Positions 36,873 through 47,994 of a stretch of DNA of 64,000 bases are shown one piece after another; position 1 is the first letter of the stretch; each line of letters starts with the position of its first letter. A program made the translations under genes and the position numbers. Origin of the DNA: Isurus oxyrinchus. Taxonomy: Eukaryota. Under the pieces are notes generated by a model. That model did not search any database, was not told the DNA's origin, and was given only the letters and a program-made list of their open reading frames with translations. The stretch spans positions 372,001 to 436,000 of the forward strand of contig JANJGN010000131.1 in assembly GCA_026770705.1 (NCBI GenBank), given 5' to 3'.

Positions 36873-39100
36873 ATGCATGGGATACCAAAAGGTCTGGTGT
36901 TCGCCATTTACTATCCCATTCTTGCAGCTATCGGTATTCCAGGTAAAGTATTAGGGTTAGTTACCAGTTACCAGAATGATTTTTCACTCTATCACTTCTT
37001 TAATTTAGTTGTACTGCTTCTCTATGATTCACCCCATTAACAGGATAATTTGTTTTTTTATAATGTTTTCCCTTTTTTGCAGTAGCCTTATCTCCAACGT
37101 TTGGTGCATTCTTCTTTTAAATGAGATTTAACCTTCCCTTTCCTTGCAATATTACTGGTCATTACTGGTCTCTTTTCTCCACTTTAAGGCTACAATTTCT
37201 CCCCTTCACGAGAACAGTTTCTTCCCATTGCCACTATACTTACTTCCATTTCAGGGATTACTATGTTTGCTTCGTCAATGCCGTTTCATCTCTTTAAATA
37301 AAACTTTTCTGCCAACTTAGCAGTGCCGCCTCTCAGTCTAAACGTAATTAGATGTTGTTATTGTCATTATCAATGTGGGCGAAGTATTTAGCACACTAAT
37401 ATCACAGTGCAATGTAAATCAATTGTATTATTGACACTGTCACCATGGCTGATTTATCACGCTGTAAATGTAGCTCTATGGTGTTATTGACACAGCTGTT
37501 GAATTACCTCACTTTGCCATGTGCATATATTGCTCCTTGCGCTGGAATGTGAATAGCAGCAATTTCTTAAGTAAGATTTTGTATTCACGACCGGTCCTCA
37601 GTCTTTTGTTTTAGCTGAAATATAGCATATCGGGCAGTGCAACGTTGCTGAAGTCCAACAGTTGGGCTTGAACGCTAAACCTTTTGACTCAAAAGTGAGA
37701 TTGCTGTAAGCTGAGTCATAGTAAGCATGATTAGCTTTACTCGTGGCTGTGAAGCCTTGTTCCTTTAACTTCGAATTGTTACAACTCAGATGCATCACAT
37801 CTCCTTCATCTTCTTTTCAGTTAAGTAGTAGCTTTTTTTTTGCTGAACTTTTTTCAAGCTCTATAATGTATTTGTTAACCTTCGATTTTCCAATGTTTCA
37901 GAGTATTGTTACATTTTCCCGTCTCTAAACGTTGAATGAGAACAACATTGACTGTATTTCAGGGTCACAATGCAGGACGTTCAATGTTCACCTTGAGTTG
38001 GCCCTTAGTGTTGCTGATAGTACAGAACAGATTGCTGTGTTTTAGGATATTTTCCTCCAGATCATCTTTCTGACATGCTAACTTGTTCCTCTCTTTTCAA
38101 CTGCTGCCTGACTGAGAATTTCCAACATTTTATATTCTAAATTTCTTTCCCAAAATTGGTTATTCGCTGGCTGCGTTTCGCTGTCACAGCTAATCTGGTC
38201 GTGATTGTGATACTGACTCGAGGAAGATGCGGTCTCTCCAAATGTATCACTTACTACTTGATGTCCATGGCTGTGACGGATCTTCTTGTCGGGATCACAG
38301 TTGTGATATTAAACCGGATTATAGGTATTTATTTCCCGTTCAGTCTCCTGGCCATCACTCCGGTCTTCAGCCTCAGACTTGTGCTAAATTATGGAGTCAT
38401 CGATTCTTCTGTCTGGGTAACAGTGGCTTTCACCTTTGACCGATTTGTAGCCATTTGCTGCCAGAAGCTGAAAATTAAATATTGCACTGAGAAAATGGCG
38501 GCTGCGGTGATAGCAACTGTCTCTGTACTTAACTGCGTTAAAAGCATTCCCTTTTATTTTATGTGTGAACCTGCCTTTATCATTGACAATATACCCTGGC
38601 AATGCAATTCAAAATCAATATTTTATACGGCACCTGAATGGGTCGCTTATGAAAGCATAATCGCCGTTTTAACCCTTTGCCTCTCCTTCTTCCTTATTTT
38701 ACTGCTCAATGCTCTGACCATCAGACACATTGTAGCGGCCAGTCGAGCCCGCAGGAGACTCCGGATCCAGAGCAATGGAGAGAATCAAAGTGACCCAGAG
38801 ATGCAAAAGAGAAGGAAATCCATGGTTTTGCTCTTCTGTATCTCGGGCAGTTTCATCCTGTTACATTTGTTAAGACTTATAAACTTCCTCTATGTCCGAA
38901 TTGCGAATCTTAGCTATGTAGACTCTACCAATTTCAATGAATCAAATTTTCTTATGGAGGAAAGCGCACGTATGCTTCAGCTCCTGAGTTCTTGCATCAA
39001 TCCGTTTATTTATGCAGGGACCCAGAGTAAATTCAGAGAAGAGTTAAAGAATGGTGTGAAATTCCCATTGAACCTGCTTGTTAAATTATTTAAAAGATGA
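36873..39100 (+). CDS. Intact GPR139/GPR142-like class A GPCR (locus 3), join(36873..36942,38190..39100), 326 aa
   Basis: Exon 1 encodes MHGIPKGLVFAIYYPILAAIGIP with a GTAAAGT donor; acceptor CACAG at 38185-38189; 70+911=981 nt open. Motifs: GIPAN, YYLMSMAVTDLL, SSVWVTVAFTFDRFVAIC, RRKSMVLLFCISGSF and LLSSCINPFIY. An in-frame upstream ATG lies at 36864 and AATAAA at 39105-39110. The family is recognised from motifs; this is a paralog, not an assigned GPR139 ortholog. Confidence 0.93.
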
Positions 39101-41039
39101 TAGCAATAAAATTCAACATGAGTCATAATGAGTGTTCCATCCATTGCTGCTTTTGTTTATCTCACACAAAAGTTTTGTCTCCCGGAAGCAGCGTCATTTT
39201 CTTTGAGTCCCTTTTCCTCCGTGTGAATTTAACAATGTATAAAGAACGTTGCCTGCTCCCTGTTAGTTTGTAGTTGTCTTCCTCGTGCTAGCAGGGGCCT
39301 GGTACATCCCTACCAGCCCCCAGGGCCTTGGAAATCCATGTGGGAGACAGAGAGTCCGGCTTAGATCTGATATTGGATACCAAAATTTAACAATTTAAGG
39401 TAGGAACCTCAATGTTATTGCTTTGTGTAGTTTATACCTTATAGGTAAAAGGCGTTCTGAAACGGTAACAAATGCTGCTCCCATGCATTGTTCTCAACTC
39501 ACTAGTCACCGCTTCACACTCGCTATCCCTTGTCATTGAACATAGGAATAAGGGGCAGGAAAAAATGAACAACAGTAATTCGCCTTCTACACTTTGAATC
39601 GGACAATTACGATGACATTTCCAGTGTTATCAAACAGCATAAATCGAGTCTAACTACAGTGTCTTATTTTCAACGGGCATCAATCGTGAACAACAGAATT
39701 ATTAAAAATAACTCATCAAATGTAATGGCAAATTCAAAATTTTATGGCCCCTCTCGGCGGCGAGATTTTTTAGTTCTGCCAAAGCCAATGAGCTTTTGAA
39801 TGACTCGCCACACTTCACAGCACTGCCGCTCCCCACTGACCATGCACAAACGCATTTCTTGCCATCCTGGTAGCCACAAAATCTCACGCCAGAGAAGTTA
39901 TTGGCTACTCATTGCAACAGATCATTATCCCAATCTCGGGTGAGTACTGCACATGCGCTTGGGGTATGGCAGTTCTCCTGCTCCCCAAATGCAAAATGCG
40001 GCACAGGTCTCAATATTTGTCACTGTTGCCAGCGGAAGATCGTGAGTAAGGAAGTAATTATTTGTTATACCTCGATAGAACTTTCAATGTCAGGCCGAAA
40101 CTGATCCATTAGCCTTCGCTTTATATGCCCTTTGTCCAGATTATTAAATAACCCCAGATGTGATTAACATCATTAGTAAGAACATAGTTGAAATTCTGCT
40201 GCTACTTGAAATTTCACTCATCTGTCAGCAATTGAAATGCACGACTGAGTCACTCGCCAACTACATATTATTTGAAAGGTTTTTCCTACGTCTACTTCTT
40301 GAACATAACGGACTGTGAGAAGAAGAAACAACTGTTAACATCTTCCCTAATCCATGCAGCATGTGAACAACTTCTTCTCAGTGGGAATATATCGAATAAT
40401 TTGCAGGCAGGCTGAGGAAGCGAGTCCCGTCCTACTGTGTCCTCATTTGCAATGTTTCGCAGTATACCGCATCCTTGTGCTACTGAGGTTGGATGATTTG
40501 TTGAAACTTCGTCCAGTCATTGAAAACGTGCAAGACGCAAGACCTCTCCCCACTGTGAATGGTGCGATGCATTTATTTATTCATGCTGTGCTAACCAGTG
40601 AAAATTTGCCACATCCATTGCATTGGAGCACTCTCTGTCCAGTGTGCATCACATTCTTTTTGCTGTCACACTAACTATTGAAATATAGTCATACTTACTA
40701 TACTGGCGACCATTTTTCCAATCTGCTTGGTGCTGTTCTATGCCTCCTTGTTCCCTTCTCGCTGCTTTGCAGAAATTGCTGACTATAGCTGGTTTCTGGT
40801 TTCAGTTATGCATTTACCAGTGCAATTTTGGATCCTATCCCGAAGTTGTTGACCCATAGCAAAAGGAGAAGGATATTCTGGTCCGGGAATCTTCCCTGTC
40901 CTTCAATTAGTGCATTGCTAATATGCAGAATGTCTCCATTTGGACACCTTAGTTTAAAGCAGTTGGTACCAAATCCTATCAATCTCAGTTTTGATATTTT
41001 CAATTGAACCCTAGTCTCAACTTCTCGTTGGTAAACAAT

Positions 41040-41600
41040 TGCCTTGATGTATGTTGGAATAGTGGTCAGGTTCATGTACTAGTAAATCTGAAGGCAAGGT
41101 TAGTGATTCAGGGACGAAATTTAAATCCCACCACGTCAACTGATGAACATAAATTCAGTTCACGAAAGTAAGTTGAAAATTAAAAAAGAGCAATTATGAA
41201 TGATGACCATGAAACTACAGAATTCTCATGAATTAGCACAATCCATTTCTTTCATTTACTTTCATGAAGGAATTCAGTTGTCTTTCCCAAGTTTGGCCTC
41301 TATGTGACGCTACGCCCAGGGAGATGCAGTGGAGTGACAACTTCCCCCTTAACTGGCTTAGCAAGCGGGAGAAAATGTTTGAAAATAGAACCGATGGAAA
41401 ACCCGGCATCGAGCTAAGCACCAGAAACAACAAAAAGACAGTCAGCTCTGTCGATCCTGTAAAGTCTTCTTCACACAAATGTGGATGCATGAGATCTGCC
41501 CCAGAGAGCATTCAGGCAACAGGCTGACATAATCATATTTTGAATCGTACTGTTCAGCCAATATTCCAGGTTTCTATCACCATTCAGAGTTAGGTTCGGC
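41040..41600 (+). mobile_element. tRNA-derived SINE plus adjacent LINE endonuclease-like fragment
   Basis: 'tttaaatcccaccacg', 'gatgaccatgaaactac' and 'ccccttaactggcttagcaagc' are shared with the other SINE copies. Confidence 0.55.
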
Positions 41601-42819
41601 CATAGCGCGAAAAAAAAAAATCTTAAAGTGTTGGGCGTTTTTGTCCACAACTAGAAAGTGACCTGCACCAAACTGGCCCAATGACAATTAAGTAATGATT
41701 AAGTTCAAATACCTCTTTGATATTTATTTAGAACAATTAGATCTCCTGACATTAAATAAACTTGTTATCTTTAAAAGAGCCGAACCTTTCCACTCAAAGT
41801 GAATGTCCATATTGTTTGGTTAGTTTCTCTGTCACTATCAAACAACCTACCATTTCCGTTTGCATATTTGCTGTTAGTCTTGGAGCCGATGCACTTATGC
41901 TGCAGGACACCCATCACAAAACATGTGTCACACTTTGTTACAAATACATAAGAATTTTTTAAAAACGAGAATTCTGGCGACGGAACAAGAAGCTGAAACT
42001 TAAAATAAAAAGTAATTATCCTCTTGGTTGGATTTGTGCATTTTGAGAAATTGCTATTAAAGTGGAGGTCTGGTTAGCAGTTACATGTAACAATTATGTT
42101 TCACCTCTGAGACGACACGTAAACAACAATGCCCGATATCTAGCTTAGTAAACTTACAGATCGACTTCCATTTCAAAGTCTTTTCTTAATTACATGTTCA
42201 TTTGAACTTTGTGAAATTAAGAAGACTTCATGATTCAAATTAGTGTGTTTCCTATGATCGGCCGGAGTCTACAAAACAGGGATTGGAAATTATATGTAGC
42301 AAAGCAAACAGAGGTTAATAAATCAATGGAATAGAATTGCTCTGTTTTAAGCCACACCTTGGTCCGTATCTCATCTCGGTTTAATGATGTGCTTGAATCC
42401 CTGATTACTGTAATTTTTACACTTAAGGTATTTGAACAAAGCATTGGTTGTAAAAAGTGATACTGTAATTAAGCCATTAGAGCCAGTAATCACAAGCTGA
42501 AAAAGATGAAAGTAATTCAAAGGCAACTATGTAACATGGAAAGAAATCTGAAAATCTCATAAAGAAACAAAAAGAAAAAACGCTGGAAGTTATCAATCGC
42601 ATCACCAGCTCCTTGACAAAAACATACTCACCGAACTGGGTACAATACACAGGGGCCTGTGACTGTGCAGAGTCTATTTTACAATAATTATCTATAAATA
42701 ACATTTAAAGCAGCGGTAATATGATGCTTTTCTAGTAAACTTCCAAATAATCCCTTGCGGAGCTCTGACAAATGTTCCCTGCAGAGAGCGCACTGTTCAA
42801 TTTATGGGTGAATCAACAT

Positions 42820-43060
42820 TATTTTTAGGGGACAGTGAAGATTGGATTCGGGGACATTAATGATTGAACTTAGGAGAAGATGAACATTGTAGTTAGGGGA
42901 CATTCAAAGATTGTATTTAGCAGCCAGTGATCATTATGGTTATGGTACAGTGGTCATTGTTTTAGGGGACAGTGAAAATTGTATTGGGGACAGAGATCAT
43001 TCCATTTACAGGGCAGAGAGCATTGTATTTAGGGGCAGAGCAGACTATATTCAGGGAACC
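42820..43060 (+). repeat. Degenerate short tandem repeat (about 25-bp unit, 'ttaggggacagtgaa.attg')
   Basis: Recurrent 'ggggaca' / 'cattgt(a/t)tttagggg' units. Confidence 0.7.
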
Positions 43061-44210
43061 ATTGTCATTCGCACTGAACTTCCGAATTCGGTACGTGGGG
43101 GTGCGTGGGGTTGTGCACGGGGAGTGCCCAGAAGATGCACCCGGGGCCCCCACAGGAATTTCTCATGTAAACATTACACAGATATTGCACAGGATCTTCA
43201 AACTTCCGATGGGAAATTATCCTGGATGCCTTGGAATCATCTGGAAATCAAATTTAAATTGCAGAACATACGTAGCTCCACCACTCTTAGCAGAATAGGT
43301 ATCCAGGAAAAGTTAGGGAATTTGAAATAATTTCCTACTTCCCGATTCCCCACTTGACGCCCAATATTCCCCTCCACCATTCCTCACTCGGTTGCCCTGA
43401 TTATCCTCCTGACAGCCCGACTACCTTCCTACCCCGGACTACAACCCCATCCCCCTGAATAACCCGACTAAAAAAACACCACCCGATTTTTCCTCCCTCC
43501 ACAAATCGTCTCACCCATGCCTCGACTGACACCCGCAGACACAAAATACCCCTGGACTAATTCTACACCCTCCGACCCATCCTACCTACTCCACCTATCC
43601 TAATCCCAAAGTATCCTATTCCCCTGAACGATGCTACCACCCTACCCTTCCTATCCCATTCCACCTACACTAAACCCGGGACCATCCTATGCCCCTGACC
43701 CATACTGCCCCACTCAACTCATCCAACCAGCCAGCCACAGATTACATCACTGAATCATCCTACCATACTCCACCATTCTACCCCTGATCCATCCATCCTG
43801 AATGGCACACCCAACCCCACTCGCCCCGTCCTACCTCCAACCCATCATACAGCACTCCAAGTATCCTACCTTGAAGCACCCAATTCTCCTAGCCCAACCT
43901 ACCCCCCTCAACCCATCCTGCCTCCAAGAACTATCCTACAGTCTGGACTATTCTAACCCACTGGACCTATACTACCCACTCTACCTCCCCGACCCAACAG
44001 ACATCCTGAACCAGACAACCCGTCTGATCATTTCTGCCCTGAGCTATCCTGCCCCTCTTGAACTGGACTACAAGCCCGACCATTCCGCAACTGCCAACGA
44101 AACCTACTCCTGACACAAGTTGCACTACGTCAACTGTTCACAACACCTTACACATTCTGTCAGTTCAAAGCATCCTACCTCACGCCGGCTTTTCTAATCC
44201 TGAACTACTC
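43060..44210 (+). repeat. Repeat element with C-rich low-complexity arm, related to the foldback at 47995-49495
   Basis: 'cagaataggtatccaggaaaagt' at about 43291 matches 48921 directly and 48500-48475 in reverse; followed by a C/A-rich tract. Confidence 0.65.
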
Positions 44211-44224
44211 TTCCCCTGACACAT

Positions 44225-44845
44225 CCATTGACTAGAAATTGAACTGGGCTAGCCATCTAAACACTGTGGCTACAAGAGCAGGTAAGAGGCTAGGCATCCT
44301 GCGTCGATTAACTCACCTCCTGATTCCCCAAAGCCTGCCCACCACCTACTAGGTGCAGGTCAAAAGTACTTCCCACTTGCCTGGATGAGTGCTGCTGCAA
44401 CAAGGCTCACGAAGCTTGACACCATCCAGGACAAAGCAACCCGTCCACAATTATTCACTCCCTCCACCACCGGTGCACAGTGGCAGCACTATTTGTCATC
44501 TACAAGTTGCAATGCAGGAATTCACCTTAGACAGCACATTCCAAACTTCCGGCCACTTCCTTCTTGAATGACAAGGGCAGCAGATATATGGGAACTCCAA
44601 CAACTGGAATTTCCCCTCCAAGTCACTCATCATACTGACTTGGAAATATGTCGCTGTTCCTTCAACGTCCCTGGGTCAATATCCTGGAACTCCCTCCCTA
44701 ACAGAAACGTAGGTGTACCAACACTACATGGACCACAGCAGTTCAAGAAAGCAGCTCATTAACACCATGTTCTCAAGGGCAATTACGGGTGGGCATTAAA
44801 TGCTGACTGGACCTGGGACACCCACATCCATGAATGAATAAAAAA
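44225..44845 (+). mobile_element. LINE 3' end (ORF2 C-terminus plus tail)
   Basis: WMSAAATRLTKLDTIQDKA; the tail 'catggaccacagcagttcaagaaagcagctca...gggcaattacgggtgggcattaaatgctg' ends in 'atgaatgaataaaaaaa'. Confidence 0.8.
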
Positions 44846-46549
44846 ACTGTTACAGAAACATCACTTTACCCTTTGACTTTTTAACTGATATTGTGCCTAA
44901 TTGTGACGAAGTATTGATATCTGACTCTAACATTGACGGAGTAAATGATGCTTTGGTCAATTACGTTGAATGACCATATGTGTTGGGCTCCATATCCTCT
45001 TGCAAGTAATTGACCAATTCCCTTTTGAAGGATTTTCTGCGGAGTGCTCGCACAGATTGCCTGAATAAACAAACTTTCTTGATGGAAAGACACGAAGAGT
45101 TGGGCTTGTGATTATTATACAGTTTTCGACATATGCAGTGTTTACTTGTGCAATTGAATTCATACCAAAGAGCCAAAAGTCGTTTTTTTCTGATCAAGAG
45201 GGTTTTCATTACTCTGAATGGATATGCACAATGTAAGTCTATTTACTGTACCGTGAACTGAGGCTGTAACAGAAAAGGGGAAAGGCTTTGCTACAGCTAT
45301 ACAAATCCCTGGTTCGATTACATGCTGGATTACTTGTATAGTTCTGGGAACGGAACATTAGAAATGATAAACATTGGTCTAGAAGCAGGCCAGCACTGTT
45401 CTACCAGAATGCTTGGAAGGTTTTAATATTTAGACTCAGGCGCCATGCCAGTTATTACAGCAGGACAACTGTTTGTTTCCGCCTGGTGCCTCAGCTTGTA
45501 ATGAATTTCAGGATGTTAGAAGCTATGTCCAGCAAATATCCAAATGTATAAATACTTTTACTCAATCATTAGTAATACCATGCAAATTCAAATAAATATA
45601 CTCAGTATTTGTTCCATGATTCAATGTTTAAAATCAAAGTTGTAATATTTGTATTCTCATTTTGAAATTAGGCACTCCGCACTTTGCAACACAAAATGCA
45701 TTGTAAACCTGGCGGAGTTGCACCATATGTTGCAGTGAAGAAACAACTCCGGCCTGGAGTGCTGCTTTCAAAGGTCAGTTGTGATCGGTTGATCAGGAGT
45801 AATGTGTGTATCTGTGTAAACAGCAAGCAGAAACATCTGTCCCATTGCAACCCATATTCAGCCTTACACCACCATCCTTAGTCAGTTAACTTTTTGTGCA
45901 TTGTGCATTAGCACAGCCCATCTCACCCCTTTCCTTCACTTCTAATCTCCGCCTCTATAGCTGTTCTCGACCAGTGGACACGTGAATTTTCCAAAACCTG
46001 ATGCGAAATTTTAACTCTCAGCCCTCGTTTCATTCTTTCAATCAATAAGTAATTCATGCTAGTTTTGACAATTCGCATGATATCAAGTGTTGTGACTAGC
46101 CAATCTGGTAACTCGTGTTTTCTTTTAGTTTTAGTAATAATAATTGATGTGGGGAAGCATGGATTTGTGTAGTGGGTAAACAATAATTACAATTCACTGG
46201 ATAGTCCATGTCTGCATAAAGAGGCCAGATCTGCCAGTGTGAAATCCTTAAAAAATAGGCAGCTTTTCATGGTGTGGACGTACTATCTGCAGTTGTCTTC
46301 ATAAGGGGTTCAAGTAGTCATGCAGCTCCCAGATCAAAGAAACTAAAAGTGCCAGAGAAGGCATTAGGGTTTGTGTATTAGAGAGGCCCCGGTTTTTGGG
46401 CCACATCACTTTGTTTAGGCTGATTTCCTTTTTGTGTCATAGAGGCCCCAATGTCCAATGGGTTCTGCTCCCTCTTAAGCCTGAGGGAAGACAAATTCTA
46501 GCGAAAGCTTGTAGAATTTCTGTTCAATAGTATGTCCATATCAGATCTG

Positions 46550-47940
46550 CATTGGTCCCAATCTCTCGGAATCGTTCTCATGTTTTTTGCCCGGTTCAGC
46601 ATAAGAGGGCCGACAAGATTTTGTCTCGATGGTGTTTATGTGCCATATATTTCCTGGCCTCTAGGAATTAGCCTATGGTTGTGCCAACGGTAATATCAAT
46701 GTTATATATCGGCTCTGCAACTGCTCTGCTTTGTAAGTGTTTAGCCGGACAGTGCGGGGGGGTGGGGGGGGGGGGGGGGGGTGGGGATGGGGGGGGGGGG
46801 TGCGGGGTTGGGCGGTGGTGGCGTGGGTGGGGGCAGTTTACTCCGCGCCTAACCAGAGCTGTAGAGGCCTGGGAATATTTTATGTGATATGTAAAGAACG
46901 TATTCTTCCTCAAACATTGTGCTGCATTAACCTCTGAAGAAGAGTGCCTTTATTATTTAGAACGACCCGTCGCTGACTGTGACAGATCAGAGACGTCACT
47001 GAGTTGCTCTTCGCCATTCCATCATTCTGCTTCTGGTTTTTACCATAAAAGGGAAGGGGAAAACATCTCTTTACATGGGTGGGGCGTTGTGTGGTGAATC
47101 GCGCTTTGACTGAAGGGCCTCAAGTTCAAACACTTTGCAGACAGGAATCGTGATAAATACCAGTCGGGAAAGGAGGAAAACGTGAAATAGGGAAAATGCA
47201 GCCATGTCGATGAAGCGAGGAGAAATGAATTCAGCAAACTCATACTTGGTGCAATTATCATTTAAGATTTATTAACAATTTCAGAGCATGTTTTGTAGAA
47301 ATAGTTCATTTAAAGGTCACAAAAGTGAATTTATCGTTTGAGCGTCACATCGAGACAACCCCATATGCTCTGAGCTGCCAACTGTAAGTAGAAGTGTAAC
47401 ATAGGCCAGAAAGAGAAAACAGAAATTTAGCATAAAGGGAAGGGGACAACAGCGAAAGAAAAGACATATTTACAAATGCAATTCAAGCTATAGTGAAATT
47501 ATAAGCGACAGTTATTTTAAAATAATAATTATCTCGCGCATTTCAGACAGAAAGGCGGAAATACTGTCCACGAATGTCTTAATTACAGATTCAGAATCAT
47601 AAAATGAAGACACTTCACTGTTAGCGTCACCAGGAGAACATATTTTAAAGTCATAATACAGAGATCTCAATAAACAACTGAGGAACAGCCAAGGAGGTCC
47701 GAAAATCAACCGATCACTTAAACTGTAAAAGAGGTTACTAACACCACAGCCGTTCTTGCTTTACATTCCACGTGCTGTCCGTATCAGTACATTGTATTTT
47801 TAAAGATTCAGTGCCAGTGTGTTTTGGATCAATTTCATATGACCTATTACTGGATTACGCAGGAAAATTAGTAGTTCAAAACGGTTATTTTAACGACAGG
47901 TACTTATGGCTACTAATTGCAGGCTCTGTAGCTCTAGCTA
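46550..47940 (+). repeat. Copy C (most diverged) of the unidentified low-copy repeat
   Basis: 'gggaaaatgcagccatgtcgatg', 'gaattcagcaaac' and 'caaccgatcacttaaactgtaaaag' match copies A and B; 47820-47940 matches 60430-60560. Confidence 0.85.
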
Positions 47941-47994
47941 CCGTTTAGCAGTAGCTTTAATGATTCCAAAACCAGATTGGCACAGCGCAGACAG

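Noticed and set aside
46755-46835. Poly-G tract (and poly-C at 6211-6252) as a functional G-quadruplex
   Set aside because: Each is present in only one of the three repeat copies, consistent with slippage expansion; homopolymer lengths are also error-prone.
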